From Asterias rubens (taxonomy: Eukaryota), in assembly GCF_902459465.1 (NCBI RefSeq), contig NC_047062.1, positions 17,236,001-17,300,000 on the forward strand: a stretch of DNA of 64,000 nt, read 5' to 3'. The notes beneath the pieces are model-generated. The model saw only the letters and a program-made list of their open reading frames with translations, was not told the DNA's origin and did not search any database. Shown here piece after piece: positions 20,730 to 32,297 of this stretch. Position numbers and translations under genes: made by a program. Each line of letters begins with the position of its first letter. Position 1 is the stretch's first letter.

Positions 20730-22906
20730 AATACCATTCACTCTAAAATAAATCTATTTTTTAATGTTTGGGGCAAAAAATCTGACATAGCATCTTTAAT
20801 GACTTATACCACAAGTTGGAATGTTTTCTCTGAAAGAAGAATAAACATGCATGTAATTCCAAAGATTTTATTAAAATAAAAGACACATAAATCATTGAAT
20901 CTCTGTCAGAACAAAAAATCTCGCTTTTATTTTGTTTCATTTATGTGTGTTTTCATGCAAAGATAAACGTGCACAGTGAGTGACTTTGAATGGACTGAAA
21001 TGATTGAGGCTATACGGTGTAACAAGCATGGGTTAGATCTAGTTCAACAAAATGGATGAACATCGACTGGAAAATGTTTGTGATTATCTCAGAAATCTGG
21101 CTAAGATAAAACATGTTACTCGTTCAGACCATGACCCAATTTCATAGAGCTGCTTAGCAGAACAAGTTTTGCTTAGTAGAAACAAATTACTCCTGTATGT
21201 ACATTGTTTGTGACTGATTCCCTGCTAAGTTTTGCTTAGCAGAAAACAGTAATAACAATTGCTAAGCACTTTTTTTTGCTTCACAGCTTTATGAAAATTA
21301 GGTCCAGTGTGGTTGATTTCCGAGTAGTTAAGCAGATAAATTTGCTAAGCACAGATACATTTTATACAGGATACCGGCTAAAATGTCACTCATGCAATGT
21401 ATCTTGTTTGTAACTGGTTCCCTTTTTTATTTTTGCTTAGCAGAACATGGTGGTAAAGTTTTGGAAGAATCTCTTTCCCTTTCTCAAATGAAACAATTGA
21501 TAGAACAATCCTTCATTAGCATGAGAATTTAAAACTACTGAATGAGATTTCAAAGTTACTTGTTGTACGTTCCTAGATTGTTTTCCTGTCTGGCCTTTTT
21601 AGTTGCTCTTGATTTGAACCTTAGCTGTAAGACCTTAACCTCCTCATCTCATACTGATCAGTTGGGAAAGAGTTTTTCTTGTAAAACTACTATTCATTTT
21701 AACGACATCAAAACATAATCAAATAATTGTCCAACATGTGAAAGGGAGGGTATACCTTTGGTAATTACTCTAAAAACTATAGACCATAAAAATATACCCT
21801 TTACCGGTACTTGATGAGAGAGCTGTAATTAATGTAGTTTTAGAGAAAGAGATTTTTCAGCCAAAAAATTTGAATCTGAGAAAGGCTTCAGGCCACTCTA
21901 TGCAACGAGGTGGGGTTTTTGTCACTACTTTCGTGCAACTTCGGTTACTACTGATTCACTCCAGGAGTCAAAATTTTCACTGGTTTGTTGGGATACACAA
22001 AATATAGGAACAATAATTCCTTCTTTTTCGAGAGTAATAAAGTTTCTTAGGGCTCATGTCTAAATGGATACTGGTCTTTGACAATTTCCAAAAGTATACC
22101 CTGCCTATAAGATAAAGTGATGGTGAATAATTTGGGTCTCTTTAAATTTGGATCACAACAATTATTGTCGGGCCTTTTTTTTCTCGTAAAACTCAGTATC
22201 TGTGTTTGCTTTTGACCCCTAGCCTATGATGTCACAAGCTAAAACAGCGCCCTCATTTATTGAAATGTAGACCTTTTATTTGCTAATTAGAGATGTGGGT
22301 AGGTGCAAACAAGCGAGCATGTTTCCATCGTTTGACCTCACTAATGGCGGCAGTCTTTTAGAGATGGAGCACCAAGAAAGATGTGTACAATGTCAACTTG
22401 ATTGAATCAAACAGTCCACCCATTTAAATCATTCAAATCATTGTTATCAAACAAACAAATGAGACTGAAGTGGAAAAATAGTCAGGTCCCTTTTCTGTGT
22501 ATAATGACGCCAGCCTTCATTTGTGCTTTTATACGCAAGGAACAAGACAGTAAAGGCAGCAGCAACGGCCAAATTTGCTGTCATTAACCATAGTTTGACT
22601 ACCATTGCCCAAACTCTGTGTAGTTTGACTACGCTAGTCGACTATTTGGAACCAACCTACCGGTCATGGTCGCATCACTGGTTACCAACAGCCGTTTTCT
22701 TAGCACAGCACAGAGTGGACCAGTTATAACAAAATGATAACGTGTCATGCGTTTAAGTCGAATGTCGTGCTGATGACATGACTACAGTCATTCACACTAC
22801 AACTTCTGTGCACATGCCCCCTTCGCACGTCACTAAACAATTAATCATTGATCCTTGCGCGAACTTGACCGTGATGGACATGCAATGTTTATGAGTTATC
22901 ATCATT

Positions 22907-25900
22907 TCACCACTCCCACTCGTAGTCACTCTCCGAGCTGTCGCTCTCCGTCCAGCTCTCCGATGAGCTCGAAGAGTCGAACGAGCCACTGCAAAAGCAC
23001 TGTCTATCCTTGACGATCACCACTGGTACGATTAAAACGTTCACTGCAGTGTTCGGAAACTGCTTCCCAAGCATCTCCGTCAGCGCCTTGACTTTATCGC
23101 TCTTGACTGCTTTTTCCGTGGTGACGTTGTAAGGGTAGAACTTCTCAGGTACGTTATAGGTGATGATGGGCACCCCCCAAATCAAAGTACGGAGACTGTG
23201 GAGGTTTGCAAGAGTTCGGCACTTTTCAGAGTTTGTTTGAATCAGCTGTTTTGGAGAGAAAAAAAACATTTTATTTTCATTTCATTTTATTTTAGTCGCC
23301 AGCAAACAGTCATAAAATACATTGAACATTTGCAAATCAAATGATCTACGGGAACAAACAATACAAGAAGACTTATGTTGACTTATTGTGAAGGCCAACT
23401 TGGACACTATACTAGCCAAGAACTCAATGGAGAGAATTGTCTTCTCTCCACAAAGAAGAAAACCCCAGAGAACTGTTCCAGAAAAAAAAACATGCAATCA
23501 TCTTGGGACTGAAAACAGAATACAAGCAGTGCCCCCAGCAGAATTCGAACCAGAGTCCTAGAGGTGGAAGGGCATGGAAGGAACCACTACGTGCTAGGCC
23601 AACCCAAACGTATAAACCAGACCACCAAGGAGGGAAAATAAATATAATTTAAAGAGGCTAATCATCCTTACTCGCAGCTTAGAGCTGAATTGTGAAAGAG
23701 CGGCTAAAACATGTTCGAGAAGCAGGCATGCAAGGGCGCCTTTGGCAGCCAGCCATATCAACCCATTATGACCATGGCGCACAGCCAGAGATCAAAGTGT
23801 TTGATTTTTCCCCAGGGAGGAAAACCGGATGGTCTGGAAAACCCTCGTGGCACAACAGAGAACCAACGAACAACTCAACTCACATATGGCCCTGGCCAGG
23901 AATCAAACCAGAAGCAAGCACTTGACGCACAAGCCAACCATGCCCCCAAAGAAATAAAAAGCATTAGTTTGCACTCACCCCAGCACTACATACTGTTGGA
24001 CACGGTCCTTGAGTGTAACCTCGCAAGCTGGCCGTGGGCCAAAATGTCAAAGAGGAAAGTTTGAGTAGACTCGTCAGGGCAGGGTTGATATCGCTTGGCA
24101 TTCTGTACATTATCAACTCCAACTTCTCCAACCTAATGGAACATCAGAACAAACTTAATTTATTTGTATCTCTTATATCTTTAATACACTAATTTATTTT
24201 TAATACACTAATTTATTAGTAACTATTTTGTATTGCCCAGTCTCACTCATGCATAACATGTCCATGTTTCCATTTTTTGTGTGTACGTAACGGTATCCAT
24301 TTCTTTAAATACGTTTCTTTTGTCTTTGTCTTTACATGGAATGAGAACAAAAAGCATTTGCTTCTTCTTTTTCCTAAATGTTAATGTCACATTATCATCT
24401 ATTTATTTTTCAATAACTGGATCAAGTTTTAATTTGTACAGGTTATTATATGTTTAACCAAGCAACTCATTCATGTATCTAAAATGAAAAAATTGAAATT
24501 ATCTAGGGTGTTATGGTCGAGTGGTTTAGAGCAAGGAATTTTAGTGGTTAAGTCATCGGAGTGTGGGTTCCTTGGGCAAGATGCTTTGTTTACTATAATT
24601 GATTCTCTTCACCCATGGGTATAGTTGGGCACCTATGGCGGTAGAGTTTGATATTGTGAATGAAAAAGCCTTTGGAGCACCACGGCACCTCAGGGCTGTA
24701 GACTCCCCAGGGAGCTGAGAAATATTAAAGGAATGTTATTGGCCCATTGACCAGGGCACTAATGTTACGCGCATTGATACAGTTATATTAAAAAACTGGC
24801 ACTACTCACTCTTTCAGCTTGCTCAGAGTCTCTGAGATATTACATGTACAGATATATAGTCCGTTAGCCAATGAATCGCCCTTACACCAGCAGCCTCCGT
24901 TCTCTAGTCTTAAACTGCGCAGTCTGGTCAGCTTGCCCAAGATCTTATACACCTGCAAGATGGCCAAAGACATACGTCGTGCATGTAAAAAAATTGTGTC
25001 AACTGAGAACTTCTGATAGTTCTCTATTATAATTAAAGTGAGGGCATTATTGTCTTTTTGTTTTAGTTCTTGATTTGAGTAAATAAGCATTATTTAGGTC
25101 CAGATTTTACTTTGTTTTGTACTAGAATTTATACATTGTACTTTTTTTCTGAGTTGCCTGGCTTGGTTGATGGTGGATAATGCACTTCCTTCTTGGGGAG
25201 TGTGTATTTGGTCTGTTGTTGTGGTTTTGAGAACCAAATGGTCAGCCACTTCGAAAGAGACTTTTTGTTAGGTATCAATGTATATTTGGTTTGCGGTAAC
25301 ACCATGCGTATATCTACTTGCTGTCCAGATTATGTTCTTTTGGAAACATGTCTTGCTATATATTCTACTCCGGGGAGTACATTTTTCTACTTTCTATATT
25401 CATACAACCTCAGTCCTCCAGTTCCCACAGTCGCCCAGTTCCAGTTCCCTCAGTTCAGGAAGTCTGGTCAAGAACTCGTAGTCCAGCGGGCAAATGCGAT
25501 TCTCATCAAGACTTGTCAGCGACTGCAGAAAAAAAATTGTTTGAAAAGATTTTGAACTTTAAAAAAAAAAACATGGATGAGATATCAACCTGACACAGTC
25601 CAAATAAATTATCTTTTTTTTCCAGGAAAATATTCTTATTCATCAAAGGAATCTTCAAATGTCAGAAAAAGTTGTTAAAGCAAGGCCCATTTAAAATATA
25701 ATGAACATAAATAGTTGATTGATAACTGAAACTTGTCGTAAACATAACATCGAAAATGCCACCGTAGCCTGGTTGGTAGCACATGGCAATTATCTGTGAG
25801 GTCTCTTACCAGCTTCTGCAAGTGTTGTAGCTTTCCCAGGCTTGCAAGCCCATCAGAAAATGACATATGAGGCAGTGCCAAGCTGTTGATGGAGCGAATC

Positions 25901-28900
25901 TTCAACACTCGCAATTGGGACAGTTTGCTCAGCTTTCCAAGGTCAAAGGTTACGTTGGGCCTGCAGGAAAAAACAAAACAACGATAGTGTTTTTTTTAAT
26001 ACAGCACGGAAGGACCACACTGAAAGAGTCTACCAAATACCTTGTCCAGGATTGATCAGAAAACAGTGTACTGAATTCTACATTGGAGAGATAGAAATGG
26101 TCCCACAAGACTAGGTTATTGGAGCACCATGCCCCAGTTTGTCCTTTTCCGAGGGTTCTCAACACATCCGTATAGAATCACCAGGTCATCACACAGACAT
26201 TTCAAAAGTAAAAATCTTAAACAGAAACCCTTGTGATGCTTCAAAAGGGGTGAAGAAGGCAGCTTTCATCAGAACCAACTTTAAGGTTTGGAAATATTTC
26301 AAGTGTTAAAACACCAACTGTATTGTAATGGTGTTTCAGTTTGGGTGAAAAAGATCACAGGGTTTCCAGATTCGGATTCCCTTGTCCATTTGGGAAATGA
26401 TTATACTAATCAGGGTAAGCAGATGCTCATAGTTGTAATTGTCCCCTAGTTTCCTCATTGGGGATCAATTTTACCCTCATCGAGGTAAGGGTTACCAAAC
26501 AGGGTAGGCATATACCTCAAGAGGGAGAGTTGTGGTGCCAAGATGCTCATGATGTTGTTGTCCAATAGTTTCGCATTGGGGATTGGTGATACCCTCATCA
26601 AGGGAGGCCAAATAGGGTAGGAGTATACCCCAATCTGGAGTTTAACTAACCTCTTTGAGAACATTCCTTCCAGCCAGTGTACTTGCAGAACTCTTAAGTC
26701 TGGTAGACACTGTGGGACCTGACTGATGACGGAGGTGGAAGCGTGGCCAAAGTGAAGGTACTGCAGCTGAGGAAGTCTCTTGATTATAGAGTAGATGTCC
26801 CTCATGTAAACGCTTCTAGTAAACTCCATCATCGTGTTGTTGTAAAAATCCTAAAAGATGGATGATTTTCATGGACAACTATAAAGATCATGGACAATTA
26901 TAAAGATAAAGAAAATGGGCAAACACATGGCCTTATAATTAATAATAAGAATAATAATAATAGCGACTTCTTTTATAGCCCTAATATATCCATCACTCAG
27001 TGACGCTCAAGGTGCTTCAATATTCAGTATTTTCCTGCAAGGTATTTTAGAGCTTTGTTTTGAAGTATGAGACCAACATGGTATTATTGATTCTTTTTTG
27101 GTCTTTTTCTTTTTTATCTAAGAGGAAATTGCCTCATTTTAAACAGATGACCAGGTTAAAACAGATATCTCCATGAACAAGTCGCACAAACTAATGATTC
27201 TCAGTGTGATGTACATTGTTTCCGCAAGGTCAAGTAGAGAGAAGTTGAATTCAAAGTTCTTTATTACTATAAGCCTGCTTTGATTGACTTACCAATGCAA
27301 TGGTTCCACGTGCTTGAAAGATTTTGACAGCTTTTGGATAGTCCTTCACTTGTGTACCTTCCAGACTCACGTTCTTCCACTGCAAAATGTAGTAAACAAA
27401 TAAATATATTAATTTTGGTTTTTACCCATACACCGATGTGTGTTAGCACTGTATACTCAGTTCTTTCCCGAGTCCTATGAAAAAATATCACAGGCAAGTT
27501 ACTCGGGTGGGATTCGAACCCACGACCCTTGCAATTCTAGAGCAGTGTCTTACCAACTAGACTACCGAGGTTGCCCGGCAGCTAGAGGCAGTTCGAATCC
27601 TATGTTTTGGCAGCGGGTACCGCAACGATATAATAGATGTTAAATTTGCATCGGGGATAAAGAATATTAATTTTGGTTTTTACCCATACACCGATGTGTG
27701 TTAGCACTGTATACTCAGTACTTTCCCGAGTCCTGTGAAAAAATATCACAGGCATGTTACTCGGGTGGGATTCGAACCCACGACCCTTGCAATTCTAGAG
27801 CAGTGTCTTACCAACTAGACTACCGAGGTTGCCCGGCAGCTAGAGGCAGTTCGAATCCTATGTTTTTGGCAGCGGGTACCGCAACGATATAATAGATGTT
27901 AAATTTAACATCTATTATTAGAATTGCAAGGGTCGTGGGTTCGAATCCCACCCGAGTAACATGCCTGTGATATTTTTTCACAGGACTCGGGAAAGTACTG
28001 AGTATACAGTGCTAACACACATCGGTGTATGGGTAAAAACCAAAATTAATATTCTTTATCCCCGATGCAAATTTAACATCTATTACAAATAAATATAGAT
28101 TAAATTACAGCATTGATTTCTGTGTGTGCTCCATCTTATCTGTTCCTTTCGAAGATGCATACTCATGTTGAGTCTGAGTCCGAGTCTTTAGTGTTGACTT
28201 TGAGTCTGATTCCTTGGTGTCGAGTCCGAGTCCGACTTCTCAGTCTCTAGTCTGAGTCCAGGTCCTCAGTGTCAACTTTGAGTCCGAGTCCTCAGTTGCG
28301 AGTTTCAGTCTGCACCCTCATCTTGATTCTGAGTATCCCACCCTTTACTGTTGACTTTGAGTCTGAGTTTTCAGTGTCAAGTTTCTGTCTGATCCCTAAG
28401 TCTCAATCTCAGTCTGAACCCTCAGTCTCAAGTCCGAGTCCGAGTTTTTAGTGTTGACTTTGAGTTTGAGTCCTCAGTGTAGAGTCTCAGTCGGCACCCT
28501 CATCTTGAGTCTGAGTACCGCCTCTTAAGTGTTGACTTTGACTCCGGATTCTCTCAGTGTCCAGTGTAAGTCTCAAGTTTCAGTCTCAACCCTCAGTCTC
28601 CATGCAGTCTGACTGCTTATAACTTGCTTTCTTTAAAAAACTAAAAAACCCAATGTACAATAATTTTAAAAATGACCAAAGTTTACAAACCAAGCTTTTA
28701 TCTGTAGACAGCTGGTTCCACATTCTGCAAACTAAGCCGACCCTCAATAGGTCACTCGCAGAGAGGTAGTTGAAGATCCTAAGCAGACAGTATTGAGGCA
28801 GTGCACTGATGTGATCACTGCCGTACACACTTGGATCATTGGTAGAGGTTGACGAGGCACCATTGGATGAACGTGTTTTCACCTGAATAGGTCAATAACA

Positions 28901-28954
28901 TCAAAGTATAAATGACTGATGGCATCTTAATAAATGGAATGAAAAAAAAAAAAA

Positions 28955-28990
<36 letters not shown>

Positions 28991-29924
28991 TTGTTAAGGG
29001 AATCAAATAGTGGGGACACTGCCTTAAGTGGCTGTTTAAAACCGGCCTGCTGCACCAGGGTTGTACTATGTGGTCGTGTGAGTAAACAAAAGATTTCCCC
29101 CCCAAAAAAAATTATAATAAAAAAATCAGATTCAACTCAATTATCGGATTGATGGTTAAGAACTCTTACCAACTGTCAGCAAAGAAAATCAGGGAGGAAA
29201 TCAGGTCATAAAGAGTGTCCTACCACAAGCCGGTTCTTTTACTCACTTTTGACTTGGTTTTCTTTCCCTTTTTTGATTTTGCTTTTTTGGTCTTGGTAGT
29301 CACTTCCGATCTGTGTGGGGGCTGTGGCTGAGCTTTGTATCTACAGACATGTGAAGAGTTTTATTTCATGTTATAATGTTATATTATGTCTTTCATAAAT
29401 CACATCAGAAAATAGTAAATTTAAACCTCTCTCATGGTTCAACTCAACTTTTTTGAGGTGCATCCATAAACTCTGATACATTATCATACACATGTTTTTT
29501 TAAATTTGCTGGAAGTCAATACTCGTCTTTCACAATAACAGTGGTACGCTGGCTACAAGCCAGTTAAAACAGACAGTGGACCAGTCAGAATTCAATCCAA
29601 ATGCTTCGGACGACTAGTTCAGTGTTGAAAAGCATCCCGATTTAATACGCAATTTAAATGATCAAGTCCAAAAGACAACAAACCAGTGACATGAAAAGCT
29701 GATTTCTCTCTCAACCCTACCCTGAAGATTTTTTGCTTGAGCTTATGAATTAAACAATCTTTGCATCTGTAATAAAACAATTACATCTTTACACTTTACC
29801 TATAACTAAGGCTTGCCCAGGGAATAATTCTCTGGTTCGGCTCAACAACTTCTGGTTCAAGTGGAGCAAGACAGGAGATCTGAGGTTTGGAGTGAGACGC
29901 TGAAAACAGCTCCCTGTTGGCCAT
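22907..29924 (-). CDS. F-box/leucine-rich-repeat protein (FBXL-type, about 532 aa predicted)
   Basis: Exons 29924-29800, 29340-29247, 28882-28691, 27379-27293, 26850-26651, 25960-25810, 25522-25409, 24952-24810 (alternative acceptor 25012), 24132-23979 and 23245-22907 join in frame. F-box LPQYCLLRIFNYLSASDLLRVGLVCRMWNQLSTDKSLW, LRR-like LxxLxxLxxLxL repeats, a Lys-rich N-terminal patch and an acidic Ser-rich C-tail. Confidence 0.82.
24506..24790 (+). mobile_element. SINE family B copy (intronic)
   Basis: Similar to 7061-7445. Confidence 0.6.
27409..28084. mobile_element. tRNA-mimic 258-bp repeat family: tandem dimer plus inverted partial unit, one insertion
   Basis: Period 258 bp (27424 vs 27682). 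Inversion junction is the 26-bp perfect palindrome at 27891-27916. 13-bp TSD acaaataaatata (27396-27408 / 28085-28097). Confidence 0.88.
28160..28610. repeat. Degenerate low-complexity repeat (gagtcc/tgagtc; gtgttgactttgagt units) in an F-box gene intron
   Basis: gttgactttgagt recurs at about 28192, 28350, 28452 and 28530; caccctcatcttga occurs twice, about 180 bp apart. Confidence 0.7.
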
Positions 29925-30445
29925 TATTTGTGATACAGATGGAGGGGCTCCTCTCTATGGGGTGGAGGTTGAAACGTCTTAATAAAGTCTTCCAAACTCT
30001 GTTTCTCTGATGATGAGGCCCAACAATTACTTACAGACGAACCTGTGACAGAAGAATTTATTAATTTAAAGTTGAAAGTTAAAATTAAACTTAAAAGTAC
30101 CACCATTTAAGAGGAAAGAAACCATTAAAATACTCAATATTCAATATTGTTTTGCACGCCATACTAGCTTCTGAATATTCAATAAAATACCAACCAATGA
30201 AAGGTTTGAAAACATATGACGCCGCTCCAATGTCGTACATGCATTGGCACTGTAAATTTAGTGTAAATAGTGGATTATCTCTCGCAACAGAAAAACAAAC
30301 CTGTAAAGATTTCAACACACTATGAAGTCACTGTAAGTGTAAGTGTCATTGTAAAAAAGTTGGATAGATGATTTTTGTTTAAATCGTTTAGTTTTTGATT
30401 GTGAATAATTTGCCTGTTATCCTACTGAAAACACATGACACCAGG

Positions 30446-30507
30446 TAGCCCCACTTGTGTGGCCAAGGATAGCTGAATCCGAATCCTTGGCCACACAAGT
30501 GGGGCTA
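30446..30507. mobile_element. 62-bp hairpin mini-transposon with 25-bp perfect TIR and 9-bp TSD
   Basis: tagccccacttgtgtggccaaggat / atccttggccacacaagtggggcta; gacaccagg on both sides (30437-30445, 30508-30516). Confidence 0.85.
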
Positions 30508-30871
30508 GACACCAGGATACATGTACTAGACTAGAGTAGTACTATATAGGCCTAGTTAGTTGCAAATCATAAATTTGTTTTTGCATAATTTGGTCAGAAT
30601 TAATGAATTAATATTTACCGATTCACGAAATGATTCTCGGGTCATGTTCAAATGGTGCAAGCGGATCAAGTCATGGAATCTGAGGTTTTATAAGCGGGTT
30701 TATTGGGCATCAACAACAATCTGTCACTTGTTTTGCAGTTCAGTGGGCGCTTCCATGTTATTGTTTTTTTGATAACAAAAACATTCTCGTTCTCACACTC
30801 GGTACATTTCTGTTTCGTGGGGGTGATGAAATTCAGTGCACAAAAAAAACGAGGTTGAAATGGACAATGGC

Positions 30872-30900
30872 TGGGGCGGGGCGGGCCGGAAAAGGGGGGT
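30872..30900. promoter_or_regulatory. GC-box cluster in the divergent F-box/TFB2M intergenic region (candidate bidirectional promoter)
   Basis: ggggcggggcgggcc between head-to-head genes. TSS not determinable from sequence. Confidence 0.35.
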
Positions 30901-32297
30901 TGGAGAAAATAATTACTGGAAAGAAGGATTGTATGTTTCACCGGTTGTAACTTTTTTAGATAGTTCTTCTCCACACAAAAGAGCATTTTTTTTGTACAAA
31001 AACTAATTGATAAGTTTATTTGCAACCCCCCCTCCTTCCCAGGCAACGCCTCTCCTTGACATCTCGTATCGTATCATGTCGTATGGAGAGCAAAGGTCAC
31101 GCACGGGTAGGGAAAATCGACCGGCTCTGCAGAATTAAAATGAACGAACGCATGATTTAAAACAGCAAGGTAAGCCGGTTTAAGAGAAAGCAATAGGACT
31201 CCTAGGAGTACAATGTACCTTTATGATTATTTTCTTTTTTTAATTGGTGCTTTCTGGTGAAACTTTGCTTCGTAGGGCCTAGGTTAGGTAGGTTTAACAT
31301 AGGTAGTGATCATAATCATTCATAGTGTGTGTGCCCAGATTGCGGACAGTCACACACGGTCTGGCTGGAGGCTATTCCTACTTTTTTGTGATTCCATGTT
31401 TTTTTACGTCAGATGTATTATTAGTTGTGACTGAGTCCGTCCATGAACCATCATCATGATCATCCTGGGCCTACCAACAAACCGCGAATCCCCAATACAA
31501 AAAATAAATATTAATAAAAAATTAATATTAAATTTATAATATAAATTATTATTAATATTATTAAATTTCACATTCGATGATCCAGCCACCATTTTGTCTC
31601 CATTATTTAATTTCAAATTAAACCTTACTTTAAAAAGTTACAAATTAATTGGGCAAGTTACTGACACTACTGAGTAGACGTGTGTGCAAGAGAGTTCCAC
31701 GATAATAATGTGCATATTTTAATTACATATGGCCCATTTCAAATGTGCTTTTTCAGTCACTCGGCCCAGCTGCTCTTATCTAATGCAAGACCACTGAGAT
31801 GGGGTCGCTGATGAGCTTGTACAAATTCTTGTTCAGGACAGTAGGATAAATACATGTACAGACCATAGTCTAGTAGTGATGCATGATGGGAGTGAGCCCA
31901 TTTAGCCCAATTGTTGTGCGTGATACCGAGTGCTGATTCATTGAAATTTGGGTTATAAAAGATCGGTGCTTGACCCAACTAATGCTGAATTAAATTTAAA
32001 CAATTTGTATTTATTGCTATCTTCCCAGGTCCTGAGAAAAATGGGGTTTCCAACTTGTGAAGGAGCTCACTGTGAGGTTGATATATCTTAGAATGAGTGA
32101 AGAGTTTTAAACAAGATACATGTAGTGAAAGGTTTTACTCATCAAGGACAATATTTTACTTACTCATTCGAATCATGGAAACATGCACTGATGACGCAAA
32201 GCATTCGTTCATGGAAGCATACACCAACAACGCAAAGCTCTGAAAGTTGATGAAGTGGTTTTGAAGTCTTTTGTTGTTCTAGCTGTAAGACTCGGCC

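Noticed and set aside
26455-26650. 65-codon extension of ORF 26455-26832 past KR
   Set aside because: The donor AG|gttagt at 26650 gives the correct phase for the next LRR exon, so the extension is intronic.
27758-27830. Apparent tRNA gene (AGA loop, Ser-like), also at 11510, 27500 and about 58340
   Set aside because: The acceptor stem pairs only 5 of 7 and the anticodon stem 3 of 5, there is no long variable arm as Ser tRNAs need, and it is always embedded in the mobile 258-bp unit.
30035-30042. Possible 8-nt microexon (cacag|gttcgtct|gtaagt) in the F-box 5' region
   Set aside because: No convincing downstream acceptor lies before the ATG at 29924, and its use would skip the start codon. 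It cannot be supported without RNA data.
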